A DNA stretch of 63,476 nucleotides, filler included, from Octopus bimaculoides (GCF_001194135.2; 8 parts of 6 records of this genome joined end to end with filler, not necessarily neighbours in it); one strand, 5' to 3'; shown: positions 26,301 to 42,059, counted from the first letter of the whole stretch. Notes: generated from the letters alone by a model not told the origin. Made by a program: numbers and translations.

Positions 26301-26886
26301 TTTTTTAATCTTAAAGAAAAATCCAGCGAAAATTATTAACAAAGCTAGTCTCTCTGCTTGCTCTCTGTGGTTTCACTTTCCTCAGCCCTCGGTAAAGTTT
26401 ACCAGATAAGCAAATGTGTAGATTGAAAACAAACAGAAATCCACCCTCTTCAATTCTGTGGTATTTCTCATGAGGAGAATTGTAAAGTAATGTCAGGTTA
26501 TAAAGTGAATCAGATCATAAAGCTCACCGAATGTTAGCCAGATAATACAAAAAAAAACTAACTAAACAGTAAAGGTCACTGGGATAATTGGTATTATTCC
26601 ACTATAGAAAGATTCCTTAAATATCTAAAATATATGTTGTGAACACAAGCGCCAGATAAACGGTGTAAAAATACATTAAAATATTTTGTTACGTTCTTTT
26701 ATATCCCTTTATGTTGGGTGATCAAATCCTGATGTACTTTTCAATTACAACTTTGTGGGCAATACAATAAGTACTTGTCAGATGCTGGTATATACTAAAT
26801 CAGTTACTCTAGATCCCAAATACTTGGGACTTGCGCTGTAATATATATATATGTATATATATATATGTGTGTGTGTGTATTTATGC

Positions 26887-26920
<34 letters not shown>

Positions 26921-27336
26921 NNNNNNNNNNNNNNNNNNNNNNNNNNNNNNNNNNNNNNNNNNNNNNNNNNNNNNNNNNNNNNNNNNNNNNNNNNNNNNNN
27001 NNNNNNNNNNNNNNNNNNNNNNNNNNNNNNNNNNNNNNNNNNNNNNNNNNNNNNNNNNNNNNNNNNNNNNNNNNNNNNNNNNNNNNNNNNNNNNNNNNNN
27101 NNNNNNNNNNNNNNNNNNNNNNNNNNNNNNNNNNNNNNNNNNNNNNNNNNNNNNNNNNNNNNNNNNNNNNNNNNNNNNNNNNNNNNNNNNNNNNNNNNNN
27201 NNNNNNNNNNNNNNNNNNNNNNNNNNNNNNNNNNNNNNNNNNNNNNNNNNNNNNNNNNNNNNNNNNNNNNNNNNNNNNNNNNNNNNNNNNNNNNNNNNNN
27301 NNNNNNNNNNNNNNNNNNNNNNNNNNNNNNNNNNNN

Positions 27337-30110
<2,774 letters not shown>

Positions 30111-30156
30111 AATAATAATAATAATAATAATAATAATATTAATAATAATAATAATA

Positions 30157-30216
<60 letters not shown>

Positions 30217-30229
30217 ATTATTATTATTA

Positions 30230-30536
30230 TAATGTGGACTATAAGGAGAGTGTCTGTCATTCCAGTAATTGTAGGGGGACTCGGGGTATTAACAATCAAC
30301 TTCGAGAAATATGTCAGAGAAGTCGGAATTGACACGAGAGCAGAGCCAGAGCAAAAGACTGCTCAGCTGGGGACAGCTAGAATTTTGAGATTGGTACTTG
30401 GATGCTGAGTGTCTCCCACGAGAATTAGGAACAAATTACCAAAGCTTATGATGTGGGGAAAGAGACCCTGTGAGACCTCTGATGCTGTTCTCTCTCACAG
30501 AATCTACCAGAGCAAACAAAACCGAGCGCTCTGAGA

Positions 30537-30540
<4 letters not shown>
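30230..30540 (+). mobile_element. R4/Dong-type LINE 3' end, second family
   Basis: MWTIRRVSVIPVIVGGLG..QKTAQLGTARILRLVL* followed by a 3' UTR and (TAA)n. Confidence 0.75.
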
Positions 30541-30602
<62 letters not shown>

Positions 30603-30607
<5 letters not shown>

Positions 30608-30752
30608 CAGTTCAAATCCAACCCCAAAAAACTCTACCAAAAACTGGGTAAAAATAAAATAGACATTACTTCAGCACCAACAGCAGAAGAACTAGAGAAA
30701 TTCTGGAAACAAATATGGTCGGTGAAGCAACAACCCCACAAAAAAGGACCAT
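30603..30752 (+). mobile_element. R4/Dong-type LINE internal fragment (pre-RT region), cut by a gap
   Basis: QFKSNPKKLYQKLGKNKIDITSAPTAEELEKFWKQIW; homologous to the ~27900-28020 region; starts inside (TAA)n. Confidence 0.6.
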
Positions 30753-31645
30753 NNNNNNNNNNNNNNNNNNNNNNNNNNNNNNNNNNNNNNNNNNNNTTAA
30801 TTAATTAANNNNNNNNNNNNNNNNNNNNNNNNNNNNNNNNNNNNNNNNNNNNTATATATATGTGCACAAATAGTTTTTCGCCATGATAGATCTCTAACCA
30901 CTACACACATTTTTTTCTTTGCTTGTTTCTCTCCTTGTTTGTTTGTGTGTTCCTTTCTATGGAAGAGCGTAGGCTCGAAACGTTAGAGGCTTTTTCAATT
31001 CCCGAGCTTTATACTAATATATCTATTTGTTTTCTACACCACTTGTCTTCGTCTTTTTTTTTTTGTGGATTCTCCCTATATATCTATGCACACCCGCACC
31101 AAACACACACGTTCTAAGTACTACCTTTCATGAAAACCTTCAAACTATTTATCGACAATGGGTTGTTTATTAGTGATGTCTTCCTATTTCTTGCCGGCAG
31201 AACATTATGTTAATTTCTGTGTTGTTACGATACAATTACTGCGAGTTTCTATTTAAAACTTCGTATTCTGTTTGCAGCATGTCCTGTAATTCTGATACCA
31301 CACATATTGCATTTTATTATTAATAAAAATTCTATGCTTAATTATCTACTGTTGTTGAAACGCATGTTTGTATTGACTTATAGCATAAAGTACTTTTATT
31401 GCAGGCTGTTTTGATTGGCACAGCGTACTTATGATAAAGGTCAGCACAGTAGCTATCATAGCAAAAAACTTACAGGTAACTAACGCAGAAAGAAAATTAA
31501 GAATCTCTTAACGCACATATGTACAATAACAAATATTTACATATATTGCAATGAAGTATTTAGTATAAATATATATATGTCCGTGTGTGTGTGTTGATAT
31601 ATACATCTATATGTGTATATATACATATATATTTGTGTGTGTGTG

Positions 31646-31697
<52 letters not shown>

Positions 31698-31767
31698 NNN
31701 NNNNNNNNNNNNNNNNNNNNNNNNNNNNNNNNNNNNNNNNNNNNNNNNNNNNNNNNNNNNNNNNNNN

Positions 31768-31808
<41 letters not shown>

Positions 31809-32685
31809 GTGTGTGTGTGCGTGTGTGTGCTTATGCATATGTTAAGTGTGTATGAATGTACGGAAGATTCTATGCTCCTAATCATAAAGTCGCTATATAC
31901 TGCTTCGGCGGAATATAGTTTGTAATGTAAGAATTACTCATTGCTCTTCTATCAGTTTTTCTTTCTTTTTTTCCCGTGACTATTGCAATTAATATTAAAC
32001 AAATTGGGTACATCACCTACTTCCATGTCACCGACGGCAAAAAAAGTGCCACTGAGCCGATTAGTTTCACTATCAAATTAGCTATATATTCATATATCTG
32101 CATCGATGGATGTAGGTATTTTATGGGGATATAGATGTGTATATGTAAGTATATACCAGTATGTGTACATTTGCAGTACATATATTTACAAGTATAAATA
32201 TATGTTTACAACTAAATATACATATACAATCTTCTTTTTTCAGAATGAGATAAACCAAGGGCGTGAAGATTTTAGAAAATTTATAAATAGAAGGTCTTAC
32301 ATGTGTTTCCAGGATATTTATTATATCCCTTCATCGAAGATGGTGTGAGAAAATGGTTAAGCAATAGTTAATTTAGAAAAGATACGAAATAGACAGTGAA
32401 GTGGAAGAATGAAAATAGATGTGCGATATGCAGGAATATCGCATTTGTAGATCTTTTATTTAGGCAGAATGGTATACATATAAGATACATATACTTTGTG
32501 AATAAAATCCAATAGTATCTAAAATTATTCACATAATCATCGAACCTGGAGCTTAGCTATAGTCTATCTATAGCACTTACTCAGCATTGCCTGACACCCG
32601 TGGGTCTTCCTGACAGCATTACGACTAAATTTATATATATCTATATATATATACTCTATTTAAAAGCAGCAGAAATATAACAAAA

Positions 32686-32727
32686 AACCGTTACTCTGAG
32701 TTTCACGTTCCCGTTCATCGGACAGTT
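32686..32727 (-). ncRNA. Type-I hammerhead motif, family B
   Basis: AACUGU-CCGAUGA-ACG(GGAA)CGU-GAAA-CUCAGA-GUA-ACGGUU: 6-bp stem I, GNRA-capped stem II, stem III ACU/AGU, NUH = GUA; U4 replaced by C. Confidence 0.55.
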
Positions 32728-32767
32728 TTGTTAGAAAGCACATTTCATGTGCTTACTCCGGTATATA

Positions 32768-32816
<49 letters not shown>

Positions 32817-33251
32817 GATTGACCCATAGCTGCTAAACCACTTTTTATGTCATTCATTCTGTTTATTTTCTCGTGTTCCGTACNNNNNNNNNNNNNNNNN
32901 NNNNNNNNNNNNNNNNNNNNNNNNNNNNNNNNNNNNNNNNNNNNNNNNNNNNNNNNNNNNNNNNNNNNNNNNNNNNNNNNNNNNNNNNNNNNNNNNNNNN
33001 NNNNNNNNNNNNNNNNNNNNNNNNNNNNNNNNNNNNNNNNNNNNNNNNNNNNNNNNNNNNNNNNNNNNNNNNNNNNNNNNNNNNNNNNNNNNNNNNNNNN
33101 NNNNNNNNNNNNNNNNNNNNNNNNNNNNNNNNNNNNNNNNNNNNNNNNNNNNNNNNNNNNNNNNNNNNNNNNNNNNNNNNNNNNNNNNNNNNNNNNNNNN
33201 NNNNNNNNNNNNNNNNNNNNNNNNNNNNNNNNNNNNNNNNNNNNNNNNNNN

Positions 33252-33286
<35 letters not shown>

Positions 33287-33339
33287 ATACATATATAAAA
33301 TGTGTCATCCTTTGTACAGTTATGCCTCTATTATTTTGA

Positions 33340-35000
33340 ACTTGCAAATTTTACCGGTAAGGTAAAATAGTGGTGCGAAAACCGCTTTGCACATCGTAGG
33401 CCCTGCCAGAACTGCATAGTACAAAAGGAAGTGCACCTAACGGGAAAAAGATAGTACACTAGAGACAGTATGCAGATGTAGTGCGTAAACCAACAACCAA
33501 CCAGATTCACCCAGATGTGAAAGGGCAGCAGATGAACAACAATATCCTTTGTGCATGGCACCAAAGATTGGCTAGCTGCACACCTGGCTACACACACAAA
33601 AATGCAACTACATCTACCACCACATAACACCACCATCCATAACAAATGCAGGGTTGCCACCACTAACACCAGAACAGACGTCACAAAAATATATCTTCTA
33701 AATATCGGAGAGTTGTTGCACGTGTAATGTAAAACAAATATCTCGTTCCTGAGAGACCTTGCTGCATGCAGTCAAGTTCTGTGCATAGCACATCTTAAAA
33801 GCCTTCTTATACCTGATATAGCGCATGTAGGAATACACATACCACAGTATGTTATTGTATGCTCAGAGAGAAAAGAATGAGCCATGGTGCATTGTGTACA
33901 TCCGAGTGAACCTCACACACCAGGTCCAGTTGTTTTATTCAAATCTGGTGAGCGACGCATAAATTGTAGACACAATAGCTTACTACATATCGAGCTGAAC
34001 ACTGTCTAGCAAAGATAGTTCTCAACAAACAGAAACAACGCATCAGTGTATTCCTTTTTGGTGATTTAACTTCACCAGTGTGGGATGACCTGGGGGCCAG
34101 ATGGTCGAAGGAATGACACACAACCAGCAAGCAAAAAGTAGAGTCCCTGTTCCGCTATACCAATGCTTCTTTCATAGAGCAAATTGTGATGCAACTAACC
34201 AGGGTAAATAATATTCGGGATCTCTTCTTCATAAAGAATATGCACATTATCTATAATGTTAACGTGACACCGACACTGGTCTCTGGTTACAACATTATAG
34301 AGATGTTTATGTAAGGACCAAAAGCTCCTGCAGACGTACAGTTTGTACGTAGCACCCGAAATGTCTCCAAGCTTAAATTTCATAAAGTAAACTGGAAGTT
34401 GATTGAGAAAGAGATTGTTAAAGTGGATTGGCCTACTTGTCTCTCCAAACCAGTCATTGATATGAAACAAACATTTAATGTCCATAATACAAGCCATATG
34501 TCACAAATGTATCTCAGAGCGGAGGAACACAAAAACAGAATCCCTAGGGAAGGAAGACCTTTATAGAACGACACAGATTATGAACCGCTTGAATAAGCAC
34601 CCAGAAGGTGTGAGATGTCACGCCTGGGGAGATCGCTGTTGGAGATCCAGAAACGTCTGCATCAATATCACGAAAAAGAGGGCGCATATAAGGAAGCTTG
34701 GATTATAGAAAGTATCAAGTTGAACACTAAAGCTTTCTTTAACTTTGCCAAAGAAAAAGCCACATTACACCACATGATAGGACCCTTCTTCCGAAAAGAT
34801 GTATCCCACAAAGAAACCCAAAGAGGATAAGAGAAATACTGAACGAACGTTTCCAAATGTTGTGCACTACACTTCTGTGACACAGGCAAATAAACAAACC
34901 AGCAGAATTCTTTCCTGTAAAGTGTTCCAAGTGAGCCTACCACAAGAGCGGAAACACAAACGACAGCAGCAGTATCAGACTACGTCATTCACACAATACC
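33340..35000 (+). mobile_element. CR1-type LINE 5' part (ORF1 remnant, APE endonuclease and linker), decayed
   Basis: EQIVMQLTRVNNIRDLFF..NVNVTPTLVSGYNIIE, LNFHKVNWKLI, ESIKLNTKAFFNFAKEK..IGPF. Confidence 0.65.
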
Positions 35001-35091
35001 ACATATAAGAGGTTTCAAATAATGGTATAGCACCGCCACCACGTCCCCAATGATTAAAGATTAAAGATTATATATATGTATATATGTATAT

Positions 35092-35676
35092 ATATATTAT
35101 TTTATTTAAAAGAGTTCCAACTCTATCTGTTTTTTATGTTTTATTTATATTCTTGTAAAATTAATGTGGGATATATCATATGGAGTATATAATATATAAT
35201 ATTAAAATGGATGGTACAATGAAATGAAGTATTGAATGTCGTATTGGAGATATGGAATATGTCTTATTGAATATATGAAATATTGAGCGTTCAATATAAA
35301 GGATTAAATATATAAAGGCGAATACGTATTGTCAATGCCTTGTGGTATTTCATCATGGCCGGTATCTGACAGACTGTAACAGACAGTCTGTTACAGTCAG
35401 TCAGATACCGGCCATGATGAAATACCACAAGGTATTGAAAATACGTATTCGCCTTTATATATTTAATCCTTTATATTGAACTCTCAATATTTCATATATT
35501 CAATAAGACATATTCCATATCTTCAATAAGACATTCAATACTTCATTTCATTGTACCATCCATTTTTATATTATATATTATATATTCCATATACTATATC
35601 CCACATTAATTTTACAAGAATATAAATAAAACATAAAAAACAGAGTGTTGTAACTCTTTTAAATAAAATAATATAT
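35092..35676. repeat. Near-perfect inverted repeat (about 290-bp arms, 1-nt spacer at 35385)
   Basis: GACTGTAACAGAC-A-GTCTGTTACAGTC centre; the arms match outward to AAGAGTT/AACTCTT..AAATAAAATAATATAT. Confidence 0.9.
35410..35453 (+). ncRNA. Hammerhead-like motif in the palindrome arm (mirror copy at 35317-35360, - strand)
   Basis: GGC-C-A-UGAUGA-AAUACC(ACAA)GGUAUU-GAAA-AUACGUAU-UC-GCC: perfect 6-bp stem II and 10-nt palindrome AAUACGUAUU; non-canonical extra A between C3 and U4. Confidence 0.45.
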
Positions 35677-35841
35677 TCCTCTATACACCATCGTACGAAA
35701 CCCTTTTTTTGTATTTATTNNNNNNNNNNNNNNNNNNNNNNNNNNNNNNNNNNNNNNNNNNNNTTAATTAATTAANNNNNNNNNNNNNNNNNNNNNNNNN
35801 NNNNNNNNNNNNNNNNNNNTTTTTTTTATATTTCTTCCTAG

Positions 35842-35886
35842 ATTCTCAAGTTCAAGGAACTACAGAAGACATGCAGCAAAATAATG
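35842..35886 (+). CDS. Candidate internal exon A (45 nt, phase 1-1), unknown gene
   Basis: Pyrimidine tract + TAG acceptor and GT donor; reads (D)SQVQGTTEDMQQNN(G). Confidence 0.55.
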
Positions 35887-36874
35887 GTATTTATTTATCA
35901 TGCAAAATGGCCACCCTTTGCCTTTATCAAAACCCACAATCTTACCTTCAATGGTGGTTCTTCGCGTCCTCTTTATGCAAATTGGACTGCAACATCTTAT
36001 GAGCTTCTTTCAGGATTGGCAGGCTTGAGTGTGAGATGCAAGAAATATCATTCTCCAGGCCATATTGCAAAATATTTCATCTTCATTTAAAGTCCATTTA
36101 CCATGTTGGCATGAGTTGGATAGTTTGATGGGAGCTGGCAAACCAGGGGAATGCACTAGGCTCTATTGCCTAGTTTGGCATGGTTTCTACAGCTGAATGC
36201 CCTTCCTAACACCAACCACTTTACAAAAGGAACAGGATTCTTTTCTTGTAATCCTGGCACTAGCGCTTTTTACTTGGCAACAATGTTGGAGGGTTCATAC
36301 AGTAACTTGCAAGACTAAGATTCCTTGACAATTAGTAGGGAGTGTTATTAGAGAAAAGAGTGAGAGAGGATTAGAGAAAAAGTTAGGGAAAGAGAGAGAG
36401 AGCAAGACGTTGGTGAAATATCTGGCAGGGGGTACACCCTCAAAGTACAGTGGGAGGGAATATAAGTGGGGCAGAGGAATGGACAGGTTGAGTGGGCAAG
36501 GATGATAGAGAGGGATTTTACATAAAAGTGTGAGCAGAAATGGTTAAAGGTAGGGGAGAGGTGAGGGTAGCAAGTGAAGGTGAGATATATGGGAATGGTT
36601 GGAGGGATTGCTACAGAAGATGCGCATTGAGTGTGGTAGCATTATATGGGAGGTGTTAAGGATGGAGTATGGCAGAGGGAAGAATTCACAGGATCAATAT
36701 CCAAACTTGATGAAGGTCAAATGGAATTACCAAAAAAATCTATAGAAATGTCTCTTGGACAAGTTCTATGTTAAATTGGCAATGTTTGCATGAAGTTCAT
36801 CATGAGTGAAGATATATCCACATTGTATCTTATATGTTACTGTTTATGATACTTTTTTTTATATTTCTTGTAAG

Positions 36875-36967
36875 GTGAAAATGAAGAAAATGGAGGACCA
36901 GGTATGGCACTACTAAATGGAAATCCAGGTGGCAATGCTAGAAATAACAATGGAAATGATATAGCAG
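36875..36967 (+). CDS. Candidate internal exon B1 (93 nt, phase 1-1)
   Basis: TTTCTTGTAAG acceptor and GTGAGA donor; reads (G)ENEENGGPGMALLNGNPGGNARNNNGNDIA(G). Confidence 0.7.
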
Positions 36968-37252
36968 GTGAGAATGAATGTGATTGATTTAAGTTCTTTT
37001 GTTCTCTAAGTTGTTGTTATTTAAATTTTTTTAATACCCATGTCGGTCCCCTAATTCATTAGATATGAGATCAATGATATTCCAGTCATGACCATCTTGT
37101 CTTTTATTCAGAAGCTGTAATTTTTGGGTAACCTATATTGTGTATCCTGCCACTTTCTAAGGAGAATGCATTATAATTAGAGACAGATTTGGCTGTTATT
37201 TCTGGCGGGTGGAGAAACCCTATGATGGCTCATATGTTGCCTTGTGAGTAAA

Positions 37253-37287
<35 letters not shown>

Positions 37288-38428
37288 AAGTGTATTTGTA
37301 TGTAAGATAATATCTTTCCATGGCCAGACATTTTTCTCAGATGACTAAAGACAAACATCATTGCTTGTATGATAACGTTCATTTGCAACCATTAAGTGAC
37401 GTCAAGACAATGTTTTGCACACACACACACATATATACAGATTTGTGTGTGCGTGTAGATATATGTTTATATATCTGTATGGTTTTATTTATTTATCATG
37501 CAAAATGGCCACCCTTTGCCTTTATCAAAACCCACAATCTTACCTTCAATGGTGGTTCTTCGCGTCCTCTTTATTCAAATTAGACTGCAACATCTTATGA
37601 GCTTCTTTCAGGATTGGCAGGCTTGAGTGTGAGATGCAAGAAATATCATTCTCCAGGCCATATTGCAAAATATTTCATCTTCATTTAAAGTCCATTTACC
37701 ATGTTGGCATGAGTTGGATAGTTTGATGGGAGCTGGCAAACCAGGGGAATGCACTAGGCTCCATTGCCTAATTTGGCATGGTTTCTACAGCTGAATGCCC
37801 TTCCTAACACCAACCAGTCTGAGTATGTAGTAGGTGCTTTTACGTACCACTGGCATGAGGGCCAATCAGGCGGTACTGGCATCAGCCATGACAGCGATTT
37901 CACTTGCCTCAACATGTCTTCACAAGCATAGTTTATTGTCCAATGATTGAAGGGTACTCTTAAATGTGATGTTGGTGTATATGTCAGGGTTACTCCTTCA
38001 AAGTACAGTGGGGGGGGGGAAGAGGAATGGACAGGTTGAGTGAGCAAGGAAGATAGAGAGGGATTTAATGTAAAAGTGTGAGGAGAAATGGTTAAAGATA
38101 GGGGGGAGGTGAGTGTAGCAAGTGAAGGTGAGATATATGGGAATAATTGGATGGATTGCTACAGAAGATGTGTGAGCGCATTGAGTGTGGTAGCAGGATA
38201 TGAGAGGTGTTAAGGATGGAGTATGGCAGAGGGAAGAATTCACAGGATCAATATCCAAACTTGATGAAGGTCAAATGGAATTACCAAAAAAATCTATAGA
38301 AATGTCTCTTGGACAAGTTCTGTGTTAAATTGGCAATGTTTGCATGAAATTTATCTTGAGTGAAGATATATTCACGTTGTATCTTATATGTTACTGTTTA
38401 TGATACTTTTTTATATATTTCTTGTAAG

Positions 38429-38521
38429 GTGAAAACGAAGAAAATGGAGGACCAGGTATGGCACTACCAAATGGAAATCCAGGTGGCAATGCTAGAAATA
38501 ACAATGGAAATGATATAGCAG
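38429..38521 (+). CDS. Candidate internal exon B2, duplicate of B1
   Basis: Same splice sites; 2 substitutions relative to B1 (one synonymous, one L to P). Confidence 0.7.
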
Positions 38522-38874
38522 GTGAGAATGAATGTGATTGATTTAAGTTCTTTTGTTCTCTAAGTTGTTGTTATTTAAAATTTTTTAAATACCCATGTCA
38601 GTCCCCTAGTTCAGATATTCCAGTCATGAATATCTTGCCTTTTATTCAGGGACCACAATAATTGGACAACATGTACTGTGTGTCCTGCCACTTTCTGAAA
38701 AAATAGATTATTAGTGGAGACAGATTTGGCTGTTATTTCTGGCAGGTGGAGAAGCCCAATACAGGCTCATACATGGCCTTGCATATAATGTGTGTGTGTG
38801 TGTGTACATTCTGTGTATGAGTCCTCTATATTTTGGACTCACCAGCTGAGTATTATCTCCTAGACAAATAAATA

Positions 38875-39176
38875 ATCATCATCATCATCATCATCGTTTA
38901 ACGTCTGCTTTCCATGCTAGCATGGGTTGGACGATTTGACTGAGGACTGGTGAAACCGGATGGCAACACCAGGCTCCAGTCTGATTTGGCAGAGTTTCTA
39001 CAGCTGGATGCCCTTCCTAACGCCAACCACTCAGAGAGTGTAGTGGGTGCTTTTACGTGTCACCCGCACGAAAACGGCCACGCTCGAAATGGTGTCTTTT
39101 ATGTGCCACCCGCACAAGCCAGTCCAGGGGCACTGGCAACGATCTCGCTCGAAAATCCTACAGGAGCCAGTCAGGC
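38875..39176 (-). mobile_element. SINE family 3, young-looking copy cut by a gap
   Basis: (CAT)n-CGTTTAACGTCTGCTTTCCATGCTAGC..GCCCTTCCTAACGCCAACC. Confidence 0.7.
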
Positions 39177-39388
39177 NNNNNNNNNNNNNNNNNNNNNNNN
39201 NNNNNNNNNNNNNNNNNNNNTTAATTAATTAANNNNNNNNNNNNNNNNNNNNNNNNNNNNNNNNNNNNNNNNNNNNTTCGATCATATAATAACATAAATA
39301 ATATATAAATATATGCATATATTCATATATATATATATATATATATATGTTCATACCTACATCTATATGTAGGATTTATTACTTATAG

Positions 39389-39673
39389 ACACAACAGTCG
39401 CAGACTCATGTTTCTGGTTCAGTAGCCATCATCAGCACGACAACTGTCCAACCCCATCTCCTCAAGCCAAAAGAACACCGAGCCAAAAGGACATTGAAAC
39501 AAAAATGACTTTGGAGAAATATATGAACGTAGAACAAAACATGAAAATGGACGCAGGGAGAATAGATGTCTTATGTAAACGTGGTGTCGCTTCTGCGTAT
39601 ATATACACAGACATGACAGAATTAAATAGACAGCCCACTAAACATCGTTTTATCTCTATTATAACTTGTAAAG
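39389..39673 (+). CDS. Candidate exon C (285 nt, phase 1-1; could instead read on to the stop at 39744)
   Basis: TTATAG acceptor, 95 open codons in AT-rich DNA and GT donor; (D)TTVADSCFWFSSHHQHDNCPTPSPQAKRTPSQKDIETKMTLEKY..RFISIITCK(G). No family recognised. Confidence 0.5.
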
Positions 39674-39980
39674 GTTTATGTATTTTATTAATAGACATTG
39701 TACAAAAGAAGCCTTGGAACTGTGTGAATCGTGGGTCATTCTGAAGGTGGACATAGTCCGGGAAACCTTGGGAACCAGCTTTCTACGGTTAATAGAGTAA
39801 CTGTGCAATTCACCAGAGTGGGTGAGTCTACATCACCTCGCCCAGATCAGCCTGACCATGGAAGCTTTTTTTTCTTTAGGAGGTGCAAACCAAGGTAGAA
39901 AAGTTTTTACGAAAGAGTGGATTTTTTTTTTTCAAAGTTAGCATTAAAACAAATGTAGATATAATAATAACTTTTATTAT

Positions 39981-40422
39981 TATGAGAATCGGCTGAAATA
40001 TTCATAGGCCGAGCAAGACACTCATGGAATGTGACCAAGTGAAGTTCGTCTTTTAATATAATTCATCTTACCGTCCACAAACTTCCATCAACTTTACAGT
40101 TTGGATCACATTGGTGAAGTAGCTATCCTGTTGGTCAAAAGAGTCAACACCAGATAATCCGTCATCATCATAGCGATAAAGGTGCCCAGCCGAATGTTTT
40201 TTTTTTTCATTTTGGGAAACAGATGATAATCAGATGGAACCAAATCAATAACATAGGGAGGGGTGATCAACCAGTTCAAAGCCAGTCATGCACAGCAGCC
40301 ATTGAAACCAAGGACTTGTGTGCCGAAGCATTGTCCTAATGAAACAAAACCCTCTTCATCAAACCCCTGGGCGTTTGGTCTTAATAGCCTTTCGCAACTG
40401 CCTCAGCAAGTTGGCATATAGA
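39981..40422 (-). mobile_element. mariner transposase 3' half and TIR, decayed
   Basis: YANLLRQLRKAIKTKRPG..GFELVDHP..KKHSAGHLYRYDDD; TIR-like TATGAGAATCGGCTGAAATATTCATAGG. Confidence 0.8.
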
Positions 40423-41740
40423 AGCGCTTATATATAATATATAAGCGCGCCACGTTGCTTCCAAATACTTGTCAGAGAACAATTGTGTATTTGAAAGTTT
40501 TATTATTCTCCATTATGCTCAACGTATATGTTTGCATTCGTATGAATCAGATTCTTCTATGTATGTGTGTGCGCTTGTGTGTGTGTCAGCATCTCTGTTT
40601 ACATGTGTATGTGTGTGTGTTTTGTTCAGCTACGTAGCATCCACACTAGCGTTACGATGATGGGGTAGCAAGTAGAACGGTTAGAAAGCCGTTTTATGAC
40701 TTATTTCACTCAGCTCTTCAGTCTAGTTAACTTACAATCTACAATCTATAATGCTTAAGCTGTTATTTATGACCAGTTTGCCTACTGTATTTATACAATT
40801 AATCCTATTTATGGAAATTCGTCTGAATTTTAATATGATTGTGATTATACTTAAATTTATGTTTATAATTTCTTATCTCTCTCTCTCTGCTATGTCTTTT
40901 CGTTTTTATCTACCTCTAAATACGTCGCTCTCTTCTCATTCTGCTCTAATTATCTTAACTAGCCTCTCCGTAGAAGTTCTCCATTCTATAAGTGTTTTTA
41001 TATTTGTCTAGTTTAACGTATACATTTATACGTCTCCCAAAGTTTGTATCATTATCTTGACTATTTAATTTATATAGGAAAGTCTGTTTGATATTTAAAG
41101 TTATTTAGTGTGTAACACTCCAATCTGCATCATTATTGTAAAGATTTCGCTTACTTCTAAGATATCCTTCCATAGGAAAGTTTGTTAAATCTTTCCCATG
41201 CGATCTTCTTTCACCATCTTAGCTATTTAGATGTAATTCGACAGATACACCTAATTTTATATTACTATTGAATTAGTTTATGGCTTTTAGTATGTTCAGA
41301 AAGTGCATCTCTCACTAAATCCCCTAAGAAGTGACGGTTTATTCATTCATGTTATTTTTCTCTTCTTAATTTAGAATAAATATTGACCGGCCCCTTGTTT
41401 GATAGGAAGATTGTGAAGGAAAGCATCTTGGTGGTTTGTTCATCAACCTTTCAGAAGGTCTTGCACAGTGTTATAAATCCAGATACCGTGATCAGTTGTA
41501 GTGTATGAATTCAGGATTTGCATTCTCTCCCCAAGATCCCAAGTTCAGCTGGAGACGATGTTTCCTGGGATTAAATAACAGTAACTTTCGACAGCCACGT
41601 TATGTTGGCAGATCATCTTTATTCTAGAGTATTATTACTGAATGTGCCTCGTTGAGAGATTTACAAATAAAAATTTTCGATTATATATATATGTGTGTGT
41701 GTGTGTGTCTGTGTGTATGTATATATATAAATGTACGTAT

Positions 41741-41779
<39 letters not shown>

Positions 41780-42001
41780 NNNNNNNNNNNNNNNNNNNNN
41801 NNNNNNNNNNNNNNNNNNNNNNNTTAATTAATTAANNNNNNNNNNNNNNNNNNNNNNNNNNNNNNNNNNNNNNNNNNNNACCACAGCAAACCACAGCACA
41901 TACCCAAGGCGCACAGAGCTGCGCTCGGTAGTGAAGTGAAAGCACGTTATAAAAATAAAACTACTGAACAATAATAATAATAATAATGATGATGATGATG
42001 T

Positions 42002-42059
<58 letters not shown>

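Larger units (their letters stand above)
35886..38780. repeat. Tandem segmental duplication (about 1.55-1.6 kb period) containing exon B
   Basis: 35890-36230 matches 37490-37815 with about 4 differences; 36400-37250 matches 37990-38780 with variable identity. Confidence 0.9.

Noticed and set aside
39660-39800. KGLCILL..RGS..VD..RET resemblance to the start of a caspase large subunit
   Set aside because: Needs a frameshift, lacks the INN motif and any downstream SHG/QACRG; likely chance
41376-41620. Possible next exon of the 35.8-39.7 kb gene after a good pyrimidine tract
   Set aside because: All three frames hit a stop within 10 codons of the acceptor
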